A DNA stretch of 64,000 nucleotides from Chiloscyllium plagiosum. Lineage: Eukaryota. Of this stretch, positions 49,291-62,796 are shown one piece after another. The number at the start of each line of letters is the position of its first letter. Positions within the stretch are counted from its first letter, which is position 1. Location: positions 5,375,435 through 5,439,434 of the forward strand of contig NC_057753.1 of the NCBI RefSeq assembly GCF_004010195.1, given 5' to 3'. A program made the translations under genes and the position numbers. The notes under the pieces were generated by a model, which was given only the letters and a program-made list of their open reading frames with translations, was not told the origin of the DNA and did not search any database.

Positions 49291-50280
49291 AATCCTGGAA
49301 CCCTAAAGACTCAAGCTCAAGTTCTCTGTCATGTGATGCCACCATGACCTATCCCCTTTGCACATGAACATTAGAATTCAGAGAATGAATTCTGCTCAAC
49401 ATTTCTCATCATGACTGTTTGAATCATTAACGAGGAACCATTTAAATTTAATGAGCATTTAACTCTTTCCCCTCACATGCTGCCAGTTCTCCCCCCCGCC
49501 TCCACACACACATTTCCTTTAATTGGGACACTGATCTTCAAAATTCCTGTGGAACACCTGAAAAATGTATGTCATTGTCTTAGAGGGTGAGCACTGGGTT
49601 GGTATTTATAAATACCATTTTTAAAAAAGCCTGTACTTTTGATTATGACTGAAATTGGGAAAAGGACTGCTCATTAATTAAAAGAAGACGTGGAAAGGAT
49701 TACTACACTTTTAAAAAGCAAGTTACCTGATATCCTCAAGCAGTGGGGAAAGTCTAGTTGCAGATGAGCTGATTGATCTGGGAATGGTGACCAGTTAGTT
49801 GATGACAAAAACCTTTCTCCTGACAACAGTGATGTGATTGGCTCCCAGGTAGATGACCAGCTTATGGGTGTGATTATTTTGGCAGAAAACATTGGACCTC
49901 TGAAAAGAAAGGCGCTGCCCTTTTCTCTGCAGTTAACAAAATACAATGAAGCCAGAAGAAAGCCATTTTCCTTTCCCTCAGTTGATCCACGCTATTGCTG
50001 TTAATAAGTCTGAGACTTTATAAACGTGAGCCAGTCATCACGTACCTCTTGCAAGCCAGTGAAAATACCTGGGGAAGAAAGATCAAGGAGCAGCAGCAGG
50101 ACCTGACAACCAAAGGAAACACCTCAGTGAACCCTGAAGATAAGGATTATTGAACTGCTTTCCTCAGTCTGTCCCTCTGTCCATTATACTCCTGTTCTGA
50201 TTCTTTGTAAGTCGGTCCATATGTGCAGGGTTAAAAAATCACACAATACCAGGTTATAGTCCAACAGGTTTATTTGGAAG

Positions 50281-50315
50281 CACTAGCTTTCGAGGCACTG
50301 CCTCTTCATCAGATG
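50281..50315 (-). ncRNA. Minimal hammerhead ribozyme motif (family A variant with a compensated stem II)
   Basis: cat-CTGATGA-a-GAGGC/agt/GCCTC-GAAA-GCTA-gtg. Confidence 0.7.
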
Positions 50316-51214
50316 CCTCAAAGTCTAGTGCTTCCAAATAAGCCAGTTGCGTAATTTTAACTTTGTCCACCTCAGTCCAATACCGGCACCTCCAAATCAT
50401 ATATGTGCAGGCGCAGCTTTATAAAGGGATTAGTGTTTTAACTTGCAGACTATATGTTCGTAAGTGTTTACATGTAGCCAGAAACTGTTGATTTGTAATA
50501 AATATTGATCGTTCAGTACAAAAACCTGGTCCCTGCCTATGCTTTCTGCCAACTTGGTTGTAAACGTCTGGTAATTTAGGGAGTTTTGAAGTGCTTCTGT
50601 AAAAAAAATTGTGATGGCTTGGGCAATAGCAGGACTTGATTTCCCACACATTCTCCCTGGGATGTGTAGCGCTATGCAGCTCCAAAGGACAGCTGCTTCT
50701 TGGGCAATATAGTAGTGAACACCAAAAAAAATGGAGAGGTAACCTTCTGACATTCTACTGATGATATCTTGTCAGAGAGAAAGCAGCTGAACTGAAATCC
50801 TTCTTCCCTGGGTGTGTGGTGCATGTGTGTGCGTGCAAGTAGTGATGTCGCAGTAATGTCACTGTATTGGTAATTCAGAACTCTAGGCTAATGGTCTGGG
50901 GAAATTGGTGAGTCCCACTATGGCAGGTGTTGAAGTTTTGAATTCAGCTTTGAACAAAATGTAGAATTAAAATCTGAATTTGTGGTGACAGTGTAACCAC
51001 TGTCCATTGTTGCAAAACCCATCTGGTTCATTGATGTCCTGTAGGGAAGGATATCTACTGTCCTGATGTGGTCTGGCTCTGTCATCTGACTCTAGACCTG
51101 CAGCAAAGTGGCTGACTCTCAACTGCTGTCTGGGCAATTAGGAATAAACAATAAATGCTGGAATAGTCAGCAATACTCATCCCATGAACGAAGTTAAGAA
51201 GAAAAAACCTGTGC

Positions 51215-51745
51215 TATAGATATTTACTGATCAATCTGTTCAGAGATGTTATAACACACCTCAGAAGCAGGTGGGACTTGAACTCAGGCTTCCTGGCCCA
51301 GACGTAGGGTCACTGTCACAGTGGCACAAGAGTCCCCGAATAAAGAAAGTGTGTTCGACAGCATCCTTACCAGTGGAGTACTTCCTCAATATTGCTGTTT
51401 TCTGTTAATTTTTACACTTCAGCTCCGGAATGAGACTTGAACTTGGAATTGTCAGAAGCAAGGCGCTACCCGTTAAGCCACCACTCACTGTCTTACATTT
51501 GTAGTGTATGTAATTCCTAATTGTTCAGAGTTGTTTTAAATATCTTTGAAGCAGGTTAGACTTCATCTCAGGTTTCCTGACCCAAAGGTAGCGACACTAT
51601 GACTGCACCACAAGGGCCCGAATCTACGGGACATACTTTTGAATCAACAAAATTAAATGACATGACTTCCCGAGTATGTGGAACTTGAACCCAGATCTCC
51701 TTTCACAGAGGTAGGGTCACTACCAACATGCCATAAAAGTCCGAA
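51215..51745 (-). repeat. Cluster of 3-4 short tRNA-derived SINE heads
   Basis: Repeated gacttgaac..cagg..cctg..gtaggg(t)cact at ~51260, 51421, 51543, 51666. Confidence 0.6.
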
Positions 51746-51999
51746 CCCTGTGGTGTACTCTGAGAACAATGAGCACGCAGTGGCACCTCTGCACAAGAAC
51801 AGTGCTGAACCGTTGATGTGCATATTATTGTTAAGGAAGTAGACTTCTGGACCAGGATTTGCATTACACTGGTTGGATGGCAAATTGACTTACTTCCCCA
51901 CATATTTCTCAGCCCTTATTTTTCCAGAAGATCATCCTCAATCTCCAGTGCTAGCTCTTTTAGTGTCAGGACACCTACCCATTTATAACTCTGGCTCTT

Positions 52000-52990
52000 T
52001 GCCCTCATGTCTTACTTCCCCTCCCACAACGCCAATAGGGTTCCACTGTTCCTCACTTTTGACCTCAGCAGCATCCACATCCAAACAATCATAAGCTGCC
52101 ATTTCCACCACTTCCAATAGGGTGTCACCACCAGGTACATATTCTGCTCTCTTCCCCGGCAGCCTTCTGCAGGGACCATTCCCTCCTGAACACCTTGGTC
52201 CACTCCTCCTCCACTCCCAATGCCTCTCACAACCCCAGGTCTAAGTCATGTCCAGTTACTTCCTCCCTCCTCACTATCCAGGGCTCCAGCCCCACCTTTC
52301 AGGTGAAGCAGCAATTAACCTGTACTTTCCTCAATCTGGGCTATTGTACTGCCTACTCACAATGTGGTCTCCTCTACATTGGGGAGATAGGGTAACTGAC
52401 TTGCAGAACACCTACGTTCTGTCCACAACAAACAACCCCAAACTTCCGGTTACCTGCCACTTGAACACACCACTTTGTTCCCTGGCTAACACCTCTGTCT
52501 CAGGCTTGCTGAAATACTCCGGAGAAGCTCAGTGCAAGCCGGAAGAACATCTCCTCATTCTCCGGTTGGGGACCCCACTTCAGGACTCATTATTGAGTTT
52601 AATAATTTAAAGGCCTGAGCATTTTCCTGGAATCCCACAGACCAGGCCTCGTCATCACACGGACTGCCCACACACTTGACCCATTGTCAATTACTAATGG
52701 CCCCCATTAGCAGCGATTGATTCTCCTTGGCTGACCATTACCCATTCCTTTATACAAAAGGTAAAAGAACTGCAGATGCTGTAAATCAGAAACAAAACCA
52801 GAAATTACTGGAAAAACTCAGTAGGTCAGGCAGCATCTGTGGAGAGAAATCAGAGTTAACATTTCAGGCTGAAATGCTGAGGAATGTTCTGAGGAAGGGT
52901 CACTTGACCGGAGACATTAATTCTGACTTCTCCCCACAGATGCTGCCTGACCTGTTGAGCTTTTCCAGCAATTTCTGTTTTTGTTACCCG
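52000..52990 (+). mobile_element. Degraded PLE 3' part with family-C inverted terminus
   Basis: 'LGYCTAYSQCGLLYIGE' GIY-YIG remnant. Confidence 0.7.
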
Positions 52991-53737
52991 TTCCTTTGTC
53001 CAAATGCTGTTCTCTCTCTTTGGATCCATCTCCACCCAACGTTTACTACTACCCCCTCTCCCACTCCATCTTCAGCATAAGTAGCAATCTTTTCTGAGAT
53101 ACATTCTGGATTAGTGGTGCTGGAAGAGCACAGCAGTTCAGGCAGCATCCAAGGAGCAGTAAAATCGACGTTTCGGGCAAAATCCCTTCTGTGGGTGGGT
53201 CACCGGATCTGAAACGTTAAGCTCAGCTTTCTCTCCACAGATGCTGCCAAAACTGCTGAGTTTCTCCAGTAATGTATATTGTAGTCACTAATTTACATCT
53301 GTTTATTGAACTTAGCCTGCAACACTGGTAGAAGTTCCTTACCTTCAACTACAATTGCAATTATACCAAAGTCGTATCCAAGTCTAATTGGTGTGAAGGT
53401 GCAAGATGCAGAGATTTCGGGATGCTGGTCTATTTCCACTTCCCTGAAGTACTCTGACTTCCATCACAGGGAGGAATTTCTTCATCTAACTGCAGCTTCA
53501 ATTATTGTTGCTGGTGTCACACGTCCCGAATGAGTTCTGTGAAATGAGTAGCCAACTTTACCTCTTTTTAACTTTCTTCATTAAAGGCAGGGATGACTAT
53601 GCTCAAGAAAGACAGCTGTGACTTCATAAACAATGCTTCCACCCAAATACAAGTATTGAGGTCTGTGCCTGTGCTAAATGAACAGAATGAATGCTGGGTT
53701 CCTCTGTGTGTGTCTCTCTCTCTCTCGAAAGAACTGT

Positions 53738-54027
53738 GAGGCGGCTCAGTGGTTAGCACTGCTGCCTCACAGCACCAGGGAAAAAGGTTCGATTCCAGCC
53801 TTGGGTGCTCATTTGTGTGGAGTTTGCACATTCTCCCTGTGTCTGTGTGGGTTTCCTCCACAGTCCAAAGATGTGCAGGTCAGGTGAATTAGCCATGCTA
53901 AATTGCCCATAGTGTTAGGTGCATTAGTCAGAGGGAAATGGGTCTGGGTGCTTAGTATTCGGAGGGTCGGTGTGGAATGCTGGTCCGAAGGGCCTGTTTC
54001 CACACTGTAGGGAATCTAATCTAATCT
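53738..54027 (+). mobile_element. HE1-like SINE
   Basis: Head, V-domain and (AATCT)n tail. Confidence 0.85.
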
Positions 54028-54179
54028 AGAACAAACTGTAGTCCAGAACGCCATCTTGTGGCTGGTCTCCTTCATCTTCTGTACATTTGAACCCCTTCAT
54101 TTCAGGTTGACTTTCAAGAGAAATGAAGGATCTACACCACCTCCTTGTAATGATGATCGGAAGATATGCAGATCATAAA

Positions 54180-55570
54180 AGCTTACACTGAGGGGGTAAC
54201 ATATTGGTGTGGATAGAAGATCAGTCGACTAACAGGAAACAGAGTTTAGGCACAAATGGATCTTTCTACGGTCAGTAAGATGTAACAAGTGATGTTCCAC
54301 AGAGATCAAGTTTTACAACTTCTATAAATTTATACAATTACTTGGATAAAGGGGTTGGTTGCAAAATTAGTTGACGATGCATAGATTAGGTAGGAATGTA
54401 AGTTGTGAAAAGGATATAAGAAGGGTTCAAAGGGATACAGATAGGTTAAAAGGGCAAAGATCTGGCAAATGGAATATAATGAGGAAAAACATGAAATTGT
54501 TAATTTGACCTGAAGAATGAAAAAAGCCTATTGTCTAAGTGGTGAGAGATTACAGATCTCTGTGATGTGGAGTGATCTGGGTGTCTGGGTGCACAAAACA
54601 CAAGTTTAATAGGCAAGTGTAGCAAGTAATTCAGAAAAGTAATAGGATGTTATTGTTTTTTGTAAGAGGAGTAAGTAAGAAAACCATGTTTAATTTATAC
54701 AGGACATTGGTGAGGCCACATTTGGAGAATTGTGCACAGTCAAACAGTCGAACTCGTCACTGTTGACCATAATCCCAAACTAAACTAGTCCCACTTGCTT
54801 ATGCTTGGCCTATATCCCCCCAACCACTTCTTATTCATGTAGTATTTTAAGCATTATAACTGTACCTGCACCCATCACTTCCTCTGGAAGTTCATTCCAC
54901 ACACAAACCACCCTCTGTGTGAAAAAAACTGCCCCTCCTGTCTTTTTAAAATCTTTCTCCTCTCACTTTAAAAGTATGCCTCCTTGAACTTCCCCACCCT
55001 AGGGAAAAGACACCTGCCATTCACCTTATCTATACCCCTCATGATTTTATAAACCACTAGTTATTATAATAATATATTTTAAATTATGATATAAGAAGTC
55101 TTGGTCTTCTTATTTAAGAAAAGACGCAAATACACTGGAAGAGATTCTGAGAAATTTTACTGGACTAATACCTGGGATGGGAAGGTTGTGTTATTAGGAA
55201 AGATTAGATAGACTAGGCTTGTATCCACTGAGATTTGGATGTGTAACGGGTCGCTGACATGAAAGATCCAAAGGGTTCTTTAGAGGGTGTGTGATGAAAA
55301 GATATCTCGTCGGAGATACTAGAACTGGGATCGCTCTATAAAGACTTGTCAGACAGAGATGAGATTTTATTTTTGCATAGTCATGAGTCTTTCAGACTTT
55401 CTTCCTTGAGAGGGGTGGAAGTGGTGTCTTTGAATAGTTTTAATGCAAAGCTATGTGATTCTTGGTAAGTAAAGGATGAAAGGCTATCATGGGTAGGAAG
55501 TAATCCAATCAGCCATGATCGTGTTGAATGTGGAGCAGGGTTGAGGGACGCAGTGGGATACTCCTGCTCC
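54180..55570 (+). mobile_element. Old CR1 RT/3' fragment with an inverted nested CR1 piece
   Basis: Degenerate RT C-terminal motifs. Confidence 0.6.
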
Positions 55571-58500
55571 TAGTTCATATCGCTGTATTTCACCATGTAA
55601 GTAAAACCATGGTTGAGCATCTGAAAGAATGGATGCACCTTCTCTGCATCAAATAAACTGGTTTTCTTGTGATTAAACTTGATACCTGCATAACAGAAAT
55701 CATCTTGTGGGGCTGTGAAATTAGGGGAATCGAGTGCTTCCTGCTGGCCTGCAAAATCCCTCCAGAATGACAACAACTGTGGATGCTGAAGATCTGACAC
55801 AAAAACAGAAATTTCTGGAGCAACTCAGCAGATCTGACAGCATCTGTGGAGAGAAAACAGAGTTCACGTTGAGTCCAGTGACTGAAGGCGGGTCACTGGA
55901 CTCGGAACGTTAACTCTGCTTTCTCTCCAAAGACACTGCTGGGTTTCTCCAACAATTTCTGGCTTTACTCCCTCAGGAATTAATCTCGCTTCTCAGGGAC
56001 TTCTAACGTCTGAACATTTGTTGACTGTTGCAGTCTGATTTCCTGTGCTGCCAATACAGTTGTGCGCGCTAGCCGCTCTCTTAACACTTACGACACTCTG
56101 TAATAGTGGCTGGATATGACTCCCACTGGTGAGTTCCCTTAATGGGATTGACTGCACCTTGTTTCTTTGTGCACTTTCTGCCAGTGAATGTGCCAAGTGC
56201 TCTTTTCTTGCCTATTCCTGGAAAGAACTACAAACATTGCAATCTTTCGATAATTGAGACTCATTAATTCCATTGTAACTTGTGTTCCCTGCTGTGAGAC
56301 TTTTTCTCCACTTTTCCAGCATTTGCATGGGCTTCTATTGCATGCTGCTTCATGTCACTGTTGTCTTTTTGGAATGTTAGATCGCTGGGCTGGCCTTTTT
56401 TATCCTTAGCAGTGTGGTATCCCTGGGCTTTATTTCTGAAGCTCCTTGTCACTTACCCTTCAGATCAAAGGAGTCTGATCACCACATTGTTAGGCCAGGA
56501 CGAGTTGAACCGAAGGGTCTGTTTCCATGATGTACATCTCTCTGCTGATGACTATGAGCCAGGTAAGCAAACATTTACAGGCTTCAGTAACATGCCTACA
56601 TACAGTGGCGAGTAAGACTGCAGCTTCCGGAGCCCCTACAGATTCAGGCTCCAACTGCACGGTGATCCGAAATCATTCTGACACAAGCTCCTTCTGCACA
56701 CAATTCAGTTGCTATTCTTAAAGGCCCAGATAACACGTAACTCTACATCAACCATCTCTCGCCTGAGATTCCTCTGAAATCTTTCTGCGTCTCAGATTCT
56801 GGACTGCTACACATTCAGGATTTTCCTCACTCCACCAGTGTCAGATTTGCATTCAGCTGCCTGGATACTGAACTCTGAAGTCCTTCCCTCACTATTCTTA
56901 TTCTCTCTCCTCTCCTTTCAGAAGCCCCTTCTAACCTGACTCTTTGCCCAAATCTTTGCTCACCTGGAATACTGTGCACAGTTTTGGTCCCCTTACTTGT
57001 GAAGGGATGTAGCTGCATTGGAGGCAGGTCAGAGGAGACTCACTAGATTGGTTCTGAAGGCGAGGGATTTGTCTTATCAAGAGAAATTGAATATTTAGAT
57101 CTACGCCCTCTAGAGCTTCGAAGAATGGGAGGAGATTGGAGTTATATAAAAATGCCAAAGGGGATTGACAAAGTAGATGCAGAAAGGATGTTTTTTCATG
57201 TAAGGCAATCTCGAACAAGAGGTACAATTTTAGGAAAAGGGTGAACAAATTTAAAGTAGAAATGGGGAGAAATTACTTCTCTGAAAGAGTCATGAACCTG
57301 TGGAAATCACTGGCACAGAGTGTGGTGGATGCCAGGACATTGAGTAAATGGAAGGAGAAGACAGGGACAGATTTACAATTAGCAATGGGTTGAAGGGTTA
57401 TGAGTAGTGACACAAAAGTGGAGTTGAGGCCAAGATGAAATTAGCAATGATCAGACTAATTGGCGCTGCAGACTCGAGGTACTGAATCCTCCAATCCTGT
57501 ACCTAGATCTTACGCCCTAATACTTCCTTCTGCAGAACTGAAATTGGTTTGATAACACTCAGTCACACGGCACAGAAACAGACCCTTCGGTTCAACTTGT
57601 CTGCGCCGACCAGACATCCCCACCTGAGCCAGTCGCATTTGCCAGCATTTGCCTTCCTATTCATGTACCTATCCAGATACCTTTTGAATGTTGTAATTGT
57701 ACCAGCCTCCACCACGTCCTCTGGCAGCTCATTCCATACACACACCACTCTTTGTGGAGAAGTTACACCTCAGGTCCTTTTTAAATCTTACCGCTCTTGC
57801 CTTCCTGGCCGTTATTAGGCAGAGGAGGGAATCAGTTTAGCTCAGTTGGCTGGATTGTTGGTTTACAGAGCAGTGTGATGCCATCACCGGTTTGAAGTTA
57901 TGATGAAGGACCCTCCTTTTCAATCTCTTCCCAGGCCTGAGGTCTGGTGGCCCTCAGGTTAAATCCCCACCAGTTGCTTCTCTCTCTAATGAGAGAGCAG
58001 CCCCTACGGTCTGGTAGGACTATGGCCACACAACACAACAACAGACCGAGGAATGGACTCTCTAACCTCAAATAATACTGATCTTGCTATAATGCTGATC
58101 TCGCCTACTGCACGCCCTGTGTAATGTAACCTGTCTAAGTTGTTAATTTACAACCTTTGATCTGTACATCCCTGCTTACTATGATCTGCTCAGAAACAAA
58201 GCTTTTCGCTGTACTTCGGCGCACATGACAATAAATCAATTAGTTTAAGCCAACGCATTGAGACTTTGCCTCATTGGGAACCTGATTTGTCAACCTGAAT
58301 TTCTTCGGTGGCTTTAAACAGAGGAATCCCCATGGGGCTGGCAGGAACATCTCAACATGTTACTGAACAGTGCAGAAACATTTCAAGAGCTGATTTACTA
58401 GAAGAGGTGGGCAGACAGGGAATGTCACCATTAGAACAACGAGTCCTTGGTTTCAATAAATGAACTGGCAGAAAGGTCATACTGTCATTGTTGAATAAAA

Positions 58501-61081
58501 AGTGATTAAATTATGTCTTGAATTTTAATCAATCACATTGTAAGCTGGAACTCAGATGAGAAGATGGGTTGGAAGGAAAGACTGGGAGCAATGCATTACC
58601 ACAGGAAGCCTTAGAATGAGAGTGAGAAGTCATTCAGAACTGACCCACATCATAGCAGCAATTCTGTCGACATCTGTAGTAAGAAGGATGGAGGTACTTA
58701 AAGTAGAGACCTTACGACTGTTGGAGAATGATGTATCAAGGACTTCATGAACTGAGGGTAAGAGTGAGGGGAAAGAACGGGATCTGGAAAGCAGCAGACC
58801 CTTCATTTTCCAGGAGAAGTGAGGCCTGTCTGTATAAATGTCAGATGTTACACAGCACAGGGTCAACTGGTGGATTCACCCATGATGAACAATTTCCAAC
58901 TTATCCCATTAAAAGCTTGGTGGATTGTGCAGAGAATCAACAAAGGTTGCTCTGAGACAGGCTTGTGTTATAGATAATGAAAAGCAACACACACACACAT
59001 ACTCCTTCTTCCATCGGATGGCTAAAGCAATGTACCTAACTGGAAATACCAACATTTGTTGTCCAACCCTAGTTACACCTGAAATGAACGGTCATTTCAG
59101 GTGGCAGTTAAGAGTCAAGCATGTTGCTGTAGGTCTGGGGTCAGATGTAGGCCAGACTGGGTAAGGACTGCAGAGTTCCTTCACTAAGGACATCTGTGTA
59201 CCAGATGTGTTTTTATGAGAATTGATGACGTTTTCATGGTTCCACTATGGGTTAGACTAACTTGTAATTCCAGATTTATTTCTTGAATTTTAAACTCTAC
59301 CAGTTGCCTTGGTGATTTGGATCTGAACCAATGTTCTCAGTGTGTTACTATAAGAGCCCTTCAGGCTTTTGCCCAAAACGTCGAATTTCCTGCTCCTCAG
59401 ATGCTGCCTGACCTGCTGTGCTTTTCCAGCCCATGCTAATCTAGACTCTGGCTTCCAGCATCTGCAGTCCTCACTGTTGCCTAGGAGATTGAGTAGGCTA
59501 TCTGGCCCCTCAAGCCTGCTCAGCCATTCAATAGGTTCACGGCTGATCTTGTTGTGGACTCAGTTCCACTTACTTGCCCCATCACAATAACCCTTCATTC
59601 CTTAATGGTAATGTTGGCCCTGACTACAGGATAACCTTTGAGAGTGCAGGAGGAAGAATCTTTCTGATTCGTGGTAAGGTATGTAGACAATAGGAGGCAA
59701 CGCAAGGAAGATCTGAATAATTCCAGTGACTTTACTATTGAGGAATGTTTAATAAAGACACTTATATACATACATTAAAATTAAGAATCTTCAATACAAG
59801 CAACTCCAGGATGTCATCTCAAGGATAGGATCAGAATCTGCGCCCAGACGTGAATACGTTAGTGTATTGAAAGTGGAGCAGAGCCAGGGGAGGTGTTTCA
59901 AGGTATATTGTTCCAGCAAGGTCCTTGGTCCTCTGCTCTGATTTTGCAGTCAGTGCCACAAATGTCCCCACTGGCAGTTTGTGCCTGAAGCTGTTGGATT
60001 TTACCTAAACAAAGGCCTGGACTGATTTAGGCCTTTGGTGCCTTCCAACTCCTCACTCAGACTCTGCCTCTGTCTCAATATTCTGTTCCAGTGCTTGGCT
60101 TGATTTTGTCCTTTGTTGGTGTGTGTCCAATCCTGTGCCTTCTGTTCCCAGTCTAACTAATTGCAGTCCTGCAGAATACTTCACTACCGACCACCACTTT
60201 ATTTTTCAATTTTTCCACCAGTTCCCTCAAAAACTTGCACTGTTAAACTGACTGGAAGGTACACACATGTGCACAAAAGGCTTCTCCGGCATCACTTTCC
60301 AAACCCAGGCAGCAGATCCATGGGAACAGTACCATTGCTCTCCAAGCCACTCTGCAGCCTGACTTGGAAACATATCGCCATTCCTTCAGTGTCGCTGGAA
60401 CTCCGTCCCCCATGGCATTGTGGATGTCCCTACACCAAACAGACTGTGGCTATTCAAGAAGACAGCTCACCACCACTTTCGCCAGGGCAGGACAGTTTGC
60501 ACATTCTCCCAGTGTCTGCATGGGTTTCCTCCGGGTGCTCGGTTTCCTCCCACAATCCAAAGATGTGCAGGTTAGGGTGAATTGGCCATGCTAAATTGCC
60601 CATAGTATTCAGGGATGTCTAGGTTAGGTGCATTGATTGGGGTAAATACAGGATAATAGGGTAGGGGAATGGGTCTGGGTGGGTTACTCTTCGGAGGGTC
60701 AGTGTGGACTCGTTGGCCCGAAGGACCTGTTTCCACACTGTAGGGATTCTATGAACTAGGAATAGGCAATAAACATTAGTCTTTCCAGTGATTCACCACA
60801 TCCCAGAAAGAAATTTAAGACAAAACACAGACCAACTGATTTTAGACCCAAGTCAAATCTTACTTTTGATTCTTGAACTCCTTAGAAAGCCTACTGAGTG
60901 TTTACTCATAACTCCCATCGCACTCACCTATAACCGACAGGTTATTTTCCATTTCTTATAACATGCCAACATCATTGTATACCCTGGCTTCACTTAAGAA
61001 CTTCTCTGTTCGCAGTTACCTCAGAACACTGCTTCTCAAGATTATGATCTGGGCCACTACGACCCCAATTGCAGCACCACT

Positions 61082-61605
61082 TGTAAATTTAGGTCCAGAG
61101 CCCAAAATTACTGGCGCAGGGGCTGAGGGGTGTCAAACTCATTACTGATATTAAAAGAGGTTTTTGAGAGGCAAGAGTTTAAATACAATGCATAAGCTAA
61201 ACAGTCAGAAAACGCTTATAGCCTTCACAGGTAAGAATGGTTGATTGGTCCCCAAGGATAATGCAGTGTGTGTGTGTGCTGGCTTCTGTTGCTGGTGTTT
61301 TCTCTGAACAGTTAAATAGTGGGGGCAAAACTGAATTAATTCGAATTCTCTTTCCTTTCCTCTCTTGAGCTTGCTTTAATGTTCACACAGTTTGCATGTG
61401 TCCAGAGTTAAAACTGTCTGGTTTTAGAGCCTGTGCTGGAGACAAGTCCTGGGCAGAGGTAACAGGTATAACGTGTGTCTGTCAGCCAGAAAGCAGCTGT
61501 AGAAGCTTTCCTCATCAGATTGTGACAGAGCGAAGGAGACCTATTTGTACAAGACTCAAAGCATTTTTTGAGCTCCCATAAGTTAAGAGAGACTGATTTC
61601 TTACA
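61082..61605 (-). mobile_element. Candidate LTR followed by a PBS-like sequence
   Basis: TGTAA...TTACA termini; on the minus strand followed by AG-TGGTGCTGC. Confidence 0.4.
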
Positions 61606-62016
61606 GTCCATTATTTTGCTTGGATCTGCCTCCAATTTCTCGGTTTCTTTACCAGATGGCAGGGTAACACTTGAGGACTCGATTCTCCCCAAATTCCCAC
61701 TAATTTTCTTCACCATGGACAACGGAGGAACCATTGCATGGAATGGCCAGGTCAGTAAGAATTGTCAGCAAGGATTGATCCGCACCGGATCACTGGAGAT
61801 GTTAATCAGCGGAACGTTTCAAACATTGAATCATAAAGCTTGTATCAAAGATCAGTGCAGGATGAGAGGGACAGTTACAGTGGGACACTGCAGTGCTGAG
61901 AACACCATCAGTTGTAGATTCAGGGTGTTAACCTCCAGCCCAGTTAAGAGATAACACCAGGAGAAACATACCCAACTGTAAGAATGGATGTGATAACAGT
62001 AGAGTTTGAACCACAG

Positions 62017-62796
62017 TCATTTGTGAACTCGTTGATGTTTTAGCAGTTGGGATGAATCAATGAATCCCTTCCCACACTCCGAGCAGACAAAAGGCCTCTC
62101 CCCAGTGTGAACTCGCTGGTGTCTTAACAGTTGGCACGAATCAGTGAATCCCTTCCCACATGCAGCGCAGGTGAATGGCCTCTCCCCCGTGTGAATGCGC
62201 TGGTGTACAGTGAGGCTGCCCGAATGCCTGAAGCTTTTACCACAGTCAGTGCAGCTGAATGGTTTCTCCTCAGTGTGCACTCGCTGGTGCTTCAGCAGAG
62301 TGGATGAAAGCCTGAAGCTCATTCCACAGGAGGTACAGCTGAATGGCTTCTCCTCAGTGTGAACTCGCTGGTGTGACACCAAGTTGGATGAATTAATGAA
62401 TCCTTTCCCACACACGGAGCAGGTGAATGGCCTCTCCCCGGTGTGCACTCGCCGGTGTAATGCCAGGTTGTATGACTGCGTGAATCTCTTCCCGCACAAA
62501 GAGCAGCTGTACGGCTTCTCTCCAGTGTGGACCCGCTGGTGCAACGCCAGGTTGGAGGACTGAGAGAATTCCTTCCCACACACTGAGCAGGTGAACGGCC
62601 TCTCCCCGGTGTGAGTGCGTCGATGAGTTTCCAACTTTGACGGACATGTGAATCCCTTTCCGCAGTCTGCACACTTCCACGGTTTCTCTGCGGCATCGCT
62701 GTCCTCTTGCCCCTCCAGGGTGATGAAAGTTGAAGTCCCGTACACACTCAAAACAAGTGTACGGTTGCAAACTGTGCACAACTTTTTGCTGTCCAT
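62017..62796 (-). CDS. C2H2 zinc-finger protein, 8 fingers (ZNF gene 4)
   Basis: Open array ending HQRVHK*; acceptor ttttacAG at 63030-63029; first in-frame ATG at 62796. Confidence 0.85.
   Translation of the reverse strand: MDSKKLCTVCNRTLVLSVYGTSTFITLEGQEDSDAAEKPWKCADCGKGFTCPSKLETHRRTHTGERPFTCSVCGKEFSQSSNLALHQRVHTGEKPYSCSLCGKRFTQSYNLALHRRVHTGERPFTCSVCGKGFINSSNLVSHQRVHTEEKPFSCTSCGMSFRLSSTLLKHQRVHTEEKPFSCTDCGKSFRHSGSLTVHQRIHTGERPFTCAACGKGFTDSCQLLRHQRVHTGERPFVCSECGKGFIDSSQLLKHQRVHK

Noticed and set aside
49620..50690. Possible solo LTR
   Set aside because: Could not define TG..CA termini or a target duplication
58250..58990. Unique-looking sequence, possible decayed coding or TE region
   Set aside because: No motif identifiable by eye; needs a translated search
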